Below are positions 14,419 to 26,850 of a DNA stretch of 64,000 nt, one piece after another (the stretch's first letter is position 1; each line of letters begins with the position of its first letter). The notes under the pieces are model-generated. The model did not search any database. It saw nothing but the letters and a program-made list of their open reading frames with translations, and was not told the DNA's origin. The position numbers and the translations under genes are program-made. The stretch is from Mobula hypostoma (taxonomy: Eukaryota), in the NCBI RefSeq assembly GCF_963921235.1, contig NC_086108.1:50594001-50658000 (forward strand). Reading direction: 5' to 3'.

Positions 14419-14637
14419 GAAGAAGAAGAAGAAAGCCCTTAACTCTGAGTGGAGTCATCGGGACGCCGTCATGATGGCGGTTTTTTTAGCCGGCTTTCTT
14501 ATTTTTACAGGCCGAGTTGCTAGCTCGACACTCAACCCAGCATGGATGGAAAGCGTGCAAGGGAGCCGGCTGGATTTGAACTTGGGAGCCTTCGCTCTGA
14601 AGTCTGGCGCTGATGCCACTACGCCACCAGCCGGCTA
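14419..14637 (-). mobile_element. tRNA-derived SINE with (TTC)n tail
   Basis: Minus-strand head has A box TGGCGTAGTGG and B box GTTCAAATCC. (GAA)n tail at 14419-14433. 12-bp TSD TCAGTGC(G/A)GAAT at 14407-14418 and 14638-14649. Confidence 0.88.
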
Positions 14638-14949
14638 TCAGTGCAGAATATTCTGCAGTTAATGCATGACAAGGACTCGATGGGTACTGTGGGGTAGTTC
14701 CCTGAGCAAACTCCAAGTCATCTGACAGAATGCCTCATTGCCATAACTCTCACATAAGCACCATAACTCTGCTTGGTGAGAAACACAGTGCAAGACATAT
14801 CCTTCCAATGTGAAGGGAATCTAACCCTGATACACTCTGCTTGCAGAATGGCTGCAATGAGGAAGACACAGTCATCCTATGGGGAAGACCCTCGTAAAAC
14901 AGAAGGGTGAATCTGCCCAAGGTCCACATGACCAGAACTTGAGATTGTG

Positions 14950-17255
14950 GAAGCTGTTGCTTATGGAGTTTAGCGTCAGGTTTAAAAAGCGAGTGGGGCC
15001 TGTTGGGACTTACAGTGGAGCCTCAGATCATTTGAATTATTAGGCACTTGGCAAGGGCCAAGAAAATAAGTGAGGCTTAAGCTGAGCGGCCATCGTTGGA
15101 GTGGGACAGCGTTAGAGTGGAGAACTAAGGCTTTGGCTCAGAAGGCTTCAGTGAGAGGTGGAAGCTGGGTTGACGCTTCTGTGAAGTTTCTGTTTTTCTT
15201 TATCAGTGCCTATATAGAGTATTGAGAATACATCCCAGGTCAGTGGTGTGCAAGATGTGGGAGATCTGGAAGACCTCCAGTCTTTCTGATAACTGATTAA
15301 AAGGTGCATCTGAACAAGATTCCTGGATGGTATATTGCCTCCCAGGTGCTAGTGTCAGGGACATCTTGGATCAAGTCCATAGCATTCTTAAGGGGGAAGG
15401 ACAGCAGCGAGGATGTGGTCCACGTCAGTACCAATGACATAGGCCAGAAAGGTGACAAGGTCCCCAAAGTGATTTCAGCGAGTTAGGTGCTAAATTAAAG
15501 GACATGATTTTCTGGGTGGTGATCTCAGGATTGCTACCCATGCCAGTGAGGCTAGATTGCTACCTGTACTAGAGAGGCTAGAAATAGGAAGGTAATACAA
15601 TTTAATACGTGGGTAAGGAGATTGTGCAGAAGGGAGGGATTCAGATTTTTGGATCATTGGGCTTTCTTCCATGGAAGGTGGGACCTGTACAAACAGGACA
15701 GTTTACACCTGAGTGGAGGGGAATTAGGCAGGGCAGGTTACAGAGTGTGAGTAGGGGAACATTCTGGATTTAGATTAGATTAGATTATGAGAACACTCAA
15801 TCCTCTTTTTATTGTCATTTAGAAATGCATACATGCATTAAGAAATTATACAATGTTTTTCCGGAGTGATATCACAGAAAACAGGACAAACCAAAGACTA
15901 ACACTGACGGAACCACATAATTATAACATATAGTTACAGCAGTGCAAAGCAATACCATAATTTGATGATGAACAAACCATGGGCATGGTAAATAAAGTCG
16001 CAAAGTACCCAAGTCGATCGACTCTCAAGTCCCCGATAGCAGGCAGCAAAAGGGAGAAACTCCCTGCCATAAACCAGGCACCGTCAACTTGCCGATGCCG
16101 TGGAAGCAGCCAACCACAGCCGACACTGAGTCCATCGTCCGAAAACTTCGAGCTTCCGACCAGCCTCTCCGACACAGCCTCCCGAGCGCCATCTTCTGTC
16201 GAGCACCTTCGACCTCTCCCCGGCTGCTGAAACATGCAAAGCCGAGGATTTCAGAACCTTCAGCTTTGGAGATTCCAGTTACCTCACAGTAGCAGCGGCA
16301 GCGAAGCGGGCATTTCAGAAGTTTTCCAGATGTTCCTCCGTACTCTCATGTCTTGTCTCCATCAAATCAGAATTGTGCACGGTCCCCTACTTGACAGATA
16401 ACAGACATCATCACCGAAGTGGCCGCCCGCGCTGCCGTCACGCCTAAATTCTGGATTTAGTGATGATAATCCCATTAGTTTCAAGATAATAATGGAGAAG
16501 GATAGGTCTGGTCCTTGGGCTGAGATTCTAAATTGGAGAAAGGCCAATTTTGATAGCATCAGAATGGGTCTGTTAAGTGTGGATTGAGATGAGTTGTTTT
16601 CTGGCAAAGGGATGCTTGGTAAGTGGGAGGCCTTCAAAGGTGAAATATTGAGAGTACAGAGTTTGTATGTTCCTGTTAGAATAAAAGGCAGGACTAAAAG
16701 GTTCAGGGAGCCTTGGTTTTCAAGAGTTATTGAGGCTGTGGTTAAGAAGAAGTAGGAGATGCTTTGCTGGTCCAGACAGCGAGAAACAATGGAGGAGCGT
16801 AAGAAATGCAAAAAAGCGCTTGAGGAAAATTAGGAATGCTAAGACAAGGCTCTAGGTTGCTCTGGCAGACAAAGTTAAGGAGGATCTCAAGTGCTTCAAC
16901 AGATAAATTAAGCATGAAAGTATAGCAAGAGACAAAATTAGTTTTCTTGAAGATCTGAGTATGGAGCCAAAAAGACAGGGGAAATCTTAAATGGATTTTT
17001 CACATCAGTATTTACTCAGGAAATGGATACAGAGTCTATAGAACTGAGGCAAAACAGTAGTGAGGCAGCCATGGACAGTATCCAGGTTACAGAAGGGGGG
17101 TGCTTTCTTGATGAATCTCCAGGGCCTGACAAGATACCCTGTCAAACTCTGTGGGAAGCTAGTGCAGAAATTGCGGAGGTATTTTCAACATCCTTAGCCA
17201 CAGGTGAGGTGCTAGAGATCTGAAGGGTAGCTAACGTTGTTCTGTTGTTCAAGAA
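14950..17255 (+). mobile_element. Degenerate CR1 LINE (ORF1 esterase, endonuclease and linker remnants)
   Basis: VVHVSTNDIG esterase motif, VGEH..SD.N endonuclease remnant, SPGPD motif. Confidence 0.8.
15774..16447 (-). mobile_element. Non-coding retroposon with (AATCT)n tail, copy 1
   Basis: TTAGA-repeat tail, 13-bp TSD ATTCTGGATTTAG (15761-15773 and 16448-16460), homologous to 19005-19659. Confidence 0.85.
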
Positions 17256-17808
17256 CACACAGTCCCTGGCCACTTTATTAAGGACCTAATAAAGTGTAAA
17301 GAGTATGTACATTGTCTTCTTCTGCTGTAGCCCATCCACTTCAAGGTTTGACATTTTGTGCGTTCAGAGATCGTCTTCTGCACACCACTGCTATAACACA
17401 TGGTTATTTGAGTTACTGTCACCTTCCTGTCAGCTTGAAGCAATCTGGCCATTCTCCTCTGACCTCTGTCATTAACAAGGCATATTCGCCCTCTGAACCG
17501 TCATTCACTAGATGTTTTTCATTTCTTGCACCATTCTCTGTAAACCCTAGAGACTGAAAACCCCAAGAGATCAGCAGTTTCTGAGATACTCAAACCATTC
17601 CATCTGGCACCAACAATCATTCCATGGTCAGAGTCACTTAGATCACATTTCTTCCCCATTCTGATGTTTGGTCTGAACAACAACCGAACCTCTTGACCAT
17701 GTCTGCATGCTTTTATGCATTGAGTTGCTGCCACATGATAGACTGATGAAGTATTTGCATTAACTAGTAGACATATAGGTGCACCTTATGGACTGGCCAC
17801 TGACAGTA
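17256..17808 (-). mobile_element. Internally deleted Tc1-like DNA transposon
   Basis: Transposase N-terminus MGKKCDLSD...GLSISETADLLGFS..VSRVYREW and ADRKVTVTQIT...TISE. Decayed TIRs TGGCCACTTTATTA / TGGCCACTGA. Confidence 0.85.
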
Positions 17809-19004
17809 CACTAGAAAACATTGTACTAAACGTGACATCACCAGTACAGACAGAAGGGAGTCAGAGAGATGGGAGGAACAGAATGAAATCTTGAAAGGAG
17901 GCAGCTGGGGAAGAAGTTTAAGGTAACTGTGGGATTTTGATAGATTTTCTTTGATAGTTTATCCACAGAAATGAAGGTAAGGGAGATGCTAAAGGGAAGA
18001 AATGGAGATGGATCATATAAAGATGAAGGATGTGAGTTGGAGGCAAAGAAAATGCAGAACCTGTACAAGAAATTGTATTAGTACATCGTCATCAAAGTGC
18101 AGCGAAAGGAACTGAAGTAGGGGTCCTGAATAGATTTGGAAGAAAGAATGTCTAATACCAGGGGGGCATGCATTTAAAGTGAGAGGGAGTAAGGCGAAAG
18201 TCGATGTGCGGGACAAGCTTTCACATAGAAATGTAATGTGCATGGAATGTGCTGCTACATGCACTGGTGGTGGAGCAAGCAGGCAAGAGGCTCTTAGACA
18301 GGCATATAAATATGCAGGGCAGAGAAAGATATGGACATTGTATTGACAGAAGTGATTAGTTGGGCATTTGATTGTTACTTTAATACCTGTTCCTGTGCTG
18401 TACTGATCTATGTTCAATGTACAAAAGCAGCCAAAGCCAAGACCCAGGGGTTGACAATAGCATGACCTTTTGTTGGATAAGTGTGTGGAGATGGAAGCAA
18501 AATTGCTCAGTATGTGGAGAAGGTTAAACTCAAGAGAATTGTGATGTAGTAGAGCTGACTGAGCCTCTATTTATTCAGCTCTTGTGTATCACAAGAAAAG
18601 CGCGAGATCCTCACAAACTGCGGGGATGCAAGTATAGTAGGATTGAGATGGTGGGATTATCAGAAGAAATAGAGCTGTGGGTGGGAAGAGAACAAGAGCT
18701 GAATGTGAGTTGACATAGGAAGAAATAAAAGTCATGAATTGCAAAAGGATGATTTTCCTGGGGTAGTCACACTTGTAGATTTTGGAAGGAATTTGAACCC
18801 AAGGTTATGTGGCTATCCTCCTCTTCATTTTTTGTTGCTTTATACTACATTTGTTTACATGACTAACAATAAACACAGTAAAAAGACTCAACTTTGATAA
18901 GCTGCTGCATAATGCAAATCTTTATCTTGTGAAATTAAAGTTTCAAAATCCAAAGATGATTTGTTTGCGAGTGGTAAAGGATAGATTATTAGAACCTAGA
19001 ACAT

Positions 19005-19659
19005 TAGATTAGATTAGATTAGATTATGAGGACACAGTCCCCTTTTATTGTCATTTAGTAATGCATGCATTAAGAAATGATACAATGTTTTTCCAGAATG
19101 ATATCACAGAAACACATGACCATCCGACTAAAAAACTGACAAAAAACACATAATTATAACATATAGTTACAACAGTGCAAAGCAATACCGTAACTTGATA
19201 AGAACAGACCATGGGCACGGTAAAAGTCTCGAAGTCTCTCGAAAGTCCCATCATCTCATGCAGACGGTGAACCTCCAGTGCCGCAAACTTGCCGATGCAG
19301 CATCCTGGAAGCATCCGACCACAGTCTGACTCCGAGTCCGTCCGAAGACTCCGAGCCTCCGACCAGCTCTCCGACACCGAGCACCGAGCACCATCCCTGC
19401 CGAGTGCTTCAACCCCGGCCCTGGCAACATCAATAGGCAAAGCCAAGGATTTGGGGCCTTCCCCTCCGGAGATTCTCGATCGCACAGTAGCAGCGGCGGC
19501 GAAGCGGGTATTTCAGAAGCTTCTCCAGGTGTTCCTCCTCACTTCTCACGGCTGTCTCCATCAAATCAGGATTGTGCACGGCCCCCTAGTTAACACATAC
19601 CGATATCAATTCGGAACGGCCGTGGGTGCTGCGTTGTGCTGCCATCTTCTCCTCCCTAA
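19005..19659 (-). mobile_element. Non-coding retroposon with (AATCT)n tail, copy 2
   Basis: Same family as 15774-16447. Its 5' end reads GGGAGGAGAAGATGGCAGC. It is inserted inside the (CATAGAA)n tail of the adjacent CR1. Confidence 0.85.
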
Positions 19660-20845
19660 TACATAGAACATAGAAATCTACCGCACATTACAGGCCCTGT
19701 GGCACACAATATTGTGCCGACCATATAACTCATTCTAGAAGCTGCCTAGAATTATCCTACCGCATAGCCCTCTATTTTTCTAAGTTCCATGTATCTATCT
19801 GAGAGGCTCTTAAAAGACCCTATTGTATCTGCCTCCACCTCCATTGCCAGCAGTGCATTCCACACACCCACCACTGTCTATCTGAAAAATGTAGCCCTGA
19901 CATCCCCTCTGTACCTCCTTTCAAGTACTTTAAAACTATGCCCCATGTATTAGCCATTTAACCCCTGGGAAAAAGCCTCTATTTACCCACACGATCAATG
20001 CCTCTCATCATCTTATCAGGTCACCTCTTATCCTCGGTCACTCCAAGGAGAAAAGGCCAAATTCACTCAACTTATTCTTATAAGGCACGCTCTCCAATCT
20101 AGGCAACATTCTTGTAAGTCTCCTCTGCACTCCTTCTATAGTATCCACATCCTTCCTGTAGTGAGGTGACCAGAACTGAACACAGTACTCCAGATGGGGT
20201 CTAACTAAGGTCTTGTATAGCTGTAACATTACCTCACGGCTCTTGAACTCAGTCCTACAGTTGATGAATGCCAACACACCATACACCTTCTTAACCTTAT
20301 TAACCTGTCCAACAGCTTTGAGTGTCCTATGGACGCGAACCCCAAGATCTCTCAGATCCTCCACACTGCCAAGAATCTTACCATTAATGCTATATTTGTC
20401 TTCAAATTTGACCTACCAAAATGAACCACTTCATGTTTATCTGGGTTGAAGTCCATCTGTCATTTCTCAGTCCAGTTCTGCATCCTATCGAGGTCCAGCT
20501 GTAACCTCTGACAACCCTTCAGACTATCCACAACACCCCCAACTTTTGTGTCATCAGCAAACTTACTAACCCACCCCTCTACTTCTTCAACCAGGTCATT
20601 TATAAAAATCACAAAGAGGAGGGGTCCCAGAACAGATCCCTGTGGAACAGCAATGGTCACTGACCTCCATGTAGGATACGAACCATCTTCAAGCATTCTT
20701 TGCCTGCGGGGGCAAGCCAATTCTGGATCTACAAAGCAAGGTCTCCTTGGATCCCATGCCTCCTTACTTCTGAATGAGCCTTGCAGGGGGAACCTTATCA
20801 AATGCCTTACTGAAATCCATATACACTACATCAACTGCTCTACAT
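19660..20845 (-). mobile_element. CR1 3' fragment
   Basis: LVRPHLEYCVQFWSP, VPQGSVLGP, FADDTK; microsatellite tail. Confidence 0.9.
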
Positions 20846-20903
20846 TGTACTGCTCTATAAATGTTATCCCAGTGCTTCAATTAGAAAATGGAGATTTACA
20901 CTA

Positions 20904-21389
20904 CGAGGGCTGATTGATAAGTTCGTGGCCTAAGGTAGAAGGAGTCAATTTTAGAAAACCTAGCACATTTATTTTTCCTACATTTACACACTTAGTCCAG
21001 CGGTCGTGGAGCATACGGATCCTTTCTTTGTAGAAGTCGGCATTTTGGACCTCCAAAAAGTGGTCCACATCAGGGGTGATTGATAAGCTTGTGGCCTAAA
21101 GTAGAAGGAGATGAGGAGAAACTTCAAACTTTCTGCATTTTCACTCAAAGAGTTGAACTGCACGTGCATGTAACGAGAGCTGTATAACTCATCTCCTTCT
21201 ACCTTAGGCGACGAACTTATCAATCACCCCTGCTGTGGACCACTTCTACAAAGAAGGGATCCATATGCTCCACGACTGCTGGACTAAGTGTGTACGTGTA
21301 GGAGGGGACTATGTTGAAAAATAAATGTGCTAGGTTTTCTAAAATTGACTCCTTCTATCTTAGGCCACAAACTTATCAATCACCCCTCG
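20904..21389. mobile_element. Mariner-derived palindromic MITE
   Basis: TA TSDs at 20902-20903 and 21390-21391. TIRs CGAGGG(C/G)TGATTGATAAGTT.GTGGCCTAAG. Transposase C-terminus FYKEGIHMLHDCWTKCVRVGGDYVEK* at 21244-21324. Confidence 0.92.
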
Positions 21390-21439
21390 TATTACAAAGC
21401 CCTTAACCTTTATTTATTATTGGAGTATCCTTTACAATC

Positions 21440-22000
21440 AGTATGATTCAAAGCCAAAGATGATATTGTCAAATTCACAAGGATCTGTATGCACTGTAAT
21501 AATGAAAAGTTTACCCGCAGCGCATCATAGGCACATAACGTCAGATAAACAACATTCACATGAAAAACAAGTTAAACAAGTTAAGCACATTTTTTAGAAA
21601 AAGCCATAAAGAACACAATTAGAACAAAAGAAAGCCTTTTCTGATACAAAGTGATCATAATATTGCAACACAGAGGTGAAGATTATGGTTGTGACAGTAG
21701 TGTGAGATTGAATGGTTGAATGTCCCTGGTGGTGAGGAACCAGATCTCCTGGCCAATGGTAACAACGTGGCCTAGATGGTGGAGATCTTTAATTATTGTT
21801 ATTACCTTCTTGAGGCTGAACCTCATGTAGATACGACCGATGGTGGGGAGGGATGCACCTGTGTTGTATCGATCTGAGTCTACGACTCTCTGCAGCTTTT
21901 TTCCGCACCAGACCTGGATACAATCAATCAGTGTACTTCCAACAATACATCCGTAAAGGCATGTTAAACTGTCTGATGACATACCAAACATCGTTAACAT
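21440..22000 (-). mobile_element. Old Rex1/Babar LINE 3' fragment
   Basis: ORF 21683-22000 resembles the Rex1 C-terminus (LQRVV..., II.D.HH.GH) seen at 50937-51473. Confidence 0.6.
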
Positions 22001-22457
22001 TTTTTATGTGAGGGAAATAGAATTGATTGTTTATAAACAGTTCATAACAATGCCATGGCCGGCTTTGTGATGAATTAAACAGTTTAATCATTTCATCTTT
22101 ATAATGACTTTACAGTAGTATACATATAATCTACCTTTTATTTGAAGGAAGTATGAGGCCATTCTTCTGCATAAGAATACTAAAATATTATTTGTAAAAC
22201 AAGGAACAGGTAGAAAACACTGTTTTCCGAAGTGGTAATAAAATCAAAGTTGAAGCTAAACAATAATTTTTCCAGATCTTGGAACTGACATATACAATAC
22301 TGTAAATACTTGTTATTTTAAAATGCCTTACTGTTGAACTTGAAGTTTATGACCTGCAGTGTTCTTTTCAGGTATTTTACTTTCTATTGTCATCTAGTCA
22401 CAATTTTCGCAGCACACCTTTGCTCCAGCTCTGTCAACCATTACCATTTGACTATCG

Positions 22458-22865
22458 CAAACAAGAGAAAATCTGCAGATGCTGAAAATCCAAGCAAAAC
22501 ACACAAAATGTTGGAGGAACTCAGCAGGCCAGGTAGCACCTATGGAAAAGGGTACAGTCGACATTTTGGGCCGAGACCCTTCAGCAGGACTGGAGAAAAA
22601 AGATGAGGATTAGAGTTAAAAGGTGGAGGGAGGAGAGGGTGAAGTTAAGCTCAGGGAAGTTGATTGGTGAAAGAGATACAAGGTTGGAGAAGGGGGAATT
22701 TAATCGGAGACGACAAAAGGCCATGGAAAAGGCCCACCTTTTAACTCTACTCCTCAGCTTTTTCTCTCCAGTCCTGCTGAAGGCTCTCGGTCTGAAATAT
22801 CAAATACTTTTTTCCATTGATGCTGCCTGGCCTGCTGAGTTCTCCAGCATTTTCTGTGTGTTGAC
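22458..22865. mobile_element. Penelope-like terminal repeat pair in inverted orientation
   Basis: About 22497-22626 is the reverse complement of about 22734-22863. Each arm contains a mutated CTG(A)TGA...GAAA hammerhead motif. Confidence 0.8.
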
Positions 22866-23885
22866 CATTTGACTACCATGGGTTTCCCTTGCCAGTAATC
22901 AGGATTTTCAAGACATGATGTAAAATCTTTAACCTAAACTTTTGAATTTGTTTGTCTTCTCACAAATGTGATCTGACCTTAAATTCTTAGCATTTTGTGT
23001 GAATACTTTAGATTTACATTCAGTGATTTTCAAAATCAGCCCAGAGGTAATTACTGAGATATTTAACATGATGCCAACTTCCAAATTAAATTTCAGACAA
23101 CAGAAACCCAAGTAATACAAGGTCTTTTTCCCAGGTAACCTGCAGTCATTGCGAACACCCATACATAAAGAATGGCCTCTAGGTAAAAATTACTAAGATC
23201 CTCCACTGTGAGTATTGATTCCTTCTGCAATTAAAAGGGGGATGAGTTGAAGAAACAAATTAAATGCAACAATAGAAGATTTTGGACAGCGCTACAGAAG
23301 TAGGCTACTCATTGTCACCTCGTGTTTCATCAGAGGAAATATTTGGATATTAATGCATTATTTTTTAATTTAGGGGATTAAGGTCCTAATGCAGAAAAGG
23401 GTTACTGAGGTAAAAGATCAATATTGACATTTTTGAATGGCAGAACAGCCACAAGGAGTGAATGACCGCTTGTTCCTGCTCATCTTTCTAATGTTCTGAA
23501 ATACTACAAACAAGTATGTTAAATATTTACCAATTTACACCCTCAAAAGTTGTCTTGTAAGTATGTTAACCTGTCATGTCATGGCAAGGCAGCCAGAAAA
23601 ACAGTGTGGCCTTGAGGCAATCTTGGATGTTCTGTAATGAGGACATTAGCCAGACTCAGCGTAATAATTAGAGGCATTTTTATACTACACAGACAGGCTC
23701 GTCAGCACAGATCGTCCATTGCCGACATGAGGTATCCCCATCTGTCTGTGTTGGATCCATATCCCTTGAAACCTTTCCATGTACCTGTCCAAATACCTTA
23801 TATACATTGTCATTATAACTGTCTCTACCACTTCCTCTGTCGCCTCATTTGACTCACCCACCACCTTCTTTATGAAATACTTGCA

Positions 23886-24510
23886 TCACACATCAAAGTT
23901 GCTGGTGAACGCAGCAGGCCAGGCAGCATCTCTAGGAAGAGGTACAGTCGACATTTCAGGCTGAGACCCTTCCTCAGGACTAACTGAAGGAAGAGCTAGT
24001 AAGAGATTTGAAAGTGGGAGCGGGCGGGGGAGATCCAAAATGATAGGAGAAGACAAGAGGGGGAGGGATGGAGCCAAGAGCTGGATGGGTGATTGGCAAA
24101 GGGATATGAGAGGATCATGGGACAGGAGGCCCAGGGAGAAGGAAAAGGGGAAGGGGGGAAAAAAAGCCGGAGGATGGCAAGGGGTATAGTCAGAGGGACA
24201 GAGGGAGAAAGAGAGAGAGAGAGAGAAAGAATGTATGTATATAAATAAATAACGGAGGAGGGAGAGGTGGGGCATTAGCGGAAGTTAGAGAAGTGAATGT
24301 TCATGCCATCAGGTTGGAGGCTACCCAGACGGAATATAAGATGTTGTTCCTCCAAACTGAGTGTGGCTTCATCTTTACAGTAGAGGAGGCCGTGGATAGA
24401 CATAGCAGAATGGGAATGGGATGTGGAATTAAAATGTGTGGCCACTGGGAGATCCTGCTTTCTCTGGTGGACAGAGCGTAGGTGTTCAGCAAAACGATCT
24501 CCCTGTCTGC
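23886..24510 (-). mobile_element. Penelope-like element 3' fragment (GIY-YIG C-terminus plus terminal repeat)
   Basis: Near-identical to 57848-58575; encodes the DLPVATHFNS...LEEQHLIFRLGSLQPDGMN region. Confidence 0.85.
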
Positions 24511-24771
24511 ATTGGAAAAAGGACTGTGACCATTCACCTTACCTCTACTCCTCATGATATTATCTGCCTTTATGAAATCACTCCTGAATTTCCTAAGATC
24601 CAGTGTAAACAGCTCCAGCCTGTTCAAATTCTCCTCATAGCTCATGCTGTCCAGCCCCCAAGCATCCTAGAAAATCTTTTCTGCACCTTTTCCAGCTTCC
24701 TGATATTGTTCCTATAGCCAAATAACCAGAACTGCACACAGCACTCCAAGAGCGGTCGCTCCAAAAGCGTT

Positions 24772-25217
24772 AGCAACAGGAATTCTGCAGATGCTGGAAA
24801 TTCAAGCAACACACATCAAAGTTGCTGGTGAACGCAGCAGGCCAGGCAGCATCTCTAGGAAGAGGTACAGTCGACGTTTCAGGCCGAGACCCTTCGTCAG
24901 GACTAACTGAAGGAAGAGCTAGTAAGAGATTTGAAAGTGGGAGTGGGAGGGGGAGATCCAAAATGATAGGAGAAGACAGGAGGGGGAGGGATGGAGCCAA
25001 GAGCTGGACAGGTGATTGGTAAAGGGGATATGAGAGGATCATGGGACAGGAGGTCCGGGGAGAAAGAAAGGGGGGGGGGAACCAGAGGATGGGCAAGGGG
25101 TATAGTGAGAGGGACAGAGGGAGAAAAAGGAGAGAGAGAGAAAGAATGTGTACATATAAATAAATAATGGATGGGGTACGAGGGGGAGGTGGGGCATTAG
25201 CGGAAGTCGATGTTCAT
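24772..25217 (-). mobile_element. Penelope-like terminal fragment with 14-bp TSD
   Basis: TSD GCTCCAAAAGCGTT at 24758-24771 and 25218-25231; carries an intact hammerhead core. Confidence 0.88.
24868..24905 (-). ncRNA. Minimal type I hammerhead ribozyme motif (Penelope-associated)
   Basis: Minus strand reads UAGUC CUGACGA AGGGUCUCGGCCU GAAA CGUC GACUG: stem I UAGUC/GACUG, conserved cores, stem II hairpin, palindromic ACGU in place of stem III, GUC cleavage triplet. Confidence 0.75.
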
Positions 25218-26850
25218 GCTCCAAAAGCGTTTTACAGTTGCAACAGGAAGTCTCAGCTCTTGTACTCAGTGCCCAAATCAAAGAAGGTAAGTAAACCAAA
25301 CACTACATTCACTACTCTGTCAACCTGCATCTCCACGTTCAAGGAACCACGTACTTGCATTCTGTCTCTCTTTTCTACAACATACTCGAAGACCCTGCCA
25401 TTTATTCTGTAAATCTTGCTATGGTGTAACTTCCCAAAGTGCAACACATCACACTTGTCGGAATTATATTTCATCTGCCATTCTACACCCTCTTTCCCAT
25501 CTGGATTGTGCTGTAATCTTAGATTAACTTTTTCACTGTCTACTATACCATCAATTTTCCTGTCATTCACAGACTTAACAACCATTTTGTATCCAGTTAG
25601 TTAGCTTGCCGGATCTCATGTAATCTATCCTTTTGTACTAGCTGATCTTGTGGGATCTCATTAAAGGCCTTGCTAAAGTCAATGTAGACAACAGCTATGG
25701 CCCTGCCCTTGTTAATCCTTTAATGGCAAAGAAGAAGTTGGGATTAAAAGGAAAGTGGTGGACAATCGTACACCTTCCAACAGCCCATTGAGCACAATAC
25801 TGGGGAGAATAGTCAAAGAAGTTTTTTTCAACTAGTTTTGCTAAGCGTTATGAAATGGAAGCTAGGGATATGGAAATATGGTGGAGAGTGTTATTGCAAA
25901 GAACAGAGAATAGTACAGGCTCTCCCTTCACCCCATGATGTTGTTCCTTCCATTTCTCTTTCATCCATATGCCTATTTAAGAGTCTCTTAAATATCCCTA
26001 ATCTGCTTCTACCACCATCTCTTGCAGTGCATTCCATACACTTATCTCCCTCTAATATCCCCCAATACTTTGCTCAGAATTATACCCTCTCATATTTGCC
26101 ATTGTTGTTCTGGAAAATAGACACTGGCTGTCCACTCTATCTATCTATGCCTCTTATACACCTCTATCAAATCACCTTTCATTCTCCTTTACTCCAAGGA
26201 GGAAAATGGTAGCTCGCTCAACGTTTCCTCATAAGACATGCAATCAGAACTGAACACTACTGCAACAGTGGCCTAACCAGAGTTTTATAGAACTGCAACA
26301 TTACCCCACAGCTCTTGAACTCAATCCTCCTACTGATAATGGCCAACAGATCATACATCTTAACCCCCTATGAACTTGCACAGCAACTTTGAGGGGTCTA
26401 TGGATGTGGACCCAAGACCCCTTTGTTCCTCCACATTGCAAAAAATTCTGCCATTAACCTTGCACTTTGCCTTTAAGTTCAACTTTCCAAAGTTTATCAC
26501 TTCACATATTTCTGGATTGAACTCCACCTGCCGCTTCTCAGCCCAGGTCAGCATTCGAGCAATGTCCCATTGTAACCTACGATAACCTTTTACACTATTC
26601 ACAACACCACCACCAACCTCTGGGTCATCTGCAGACTTACGAACCCACCCTTCCATTTCCTCATCTAAGCCACTTATAAAAATCACAAAGAGCAGGGATC
26701 CATAAGACACAGGAGCAGAATTAGGCCACTTAGCCCATTGTGTCTGCTCTGCCGTTCCATCGTGGCTAACTATTGTCCCTCTCAGCCCCATTTGCCTGCC
26801 TTCTCCCCATAACATTTGATGCCCTGACTAATCAAGAACCTATCAACCTC

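Larger units (their letters stand above)
23690..25720 (-). mobile_element. Old CR1 remnant hosting two Penelope-like insertions
   Basis: RT-end fragments (DKCDVLHFGK, YEENLNRLELF) interrupted at 23886-24510 and 24772-25217. Confidence 0.7.

Noticed and set aside
14560..14637. Stand-alone tRNA gene
   Set aside because: The A/B boxes form the head of a SINE with a body, tail and TSD.
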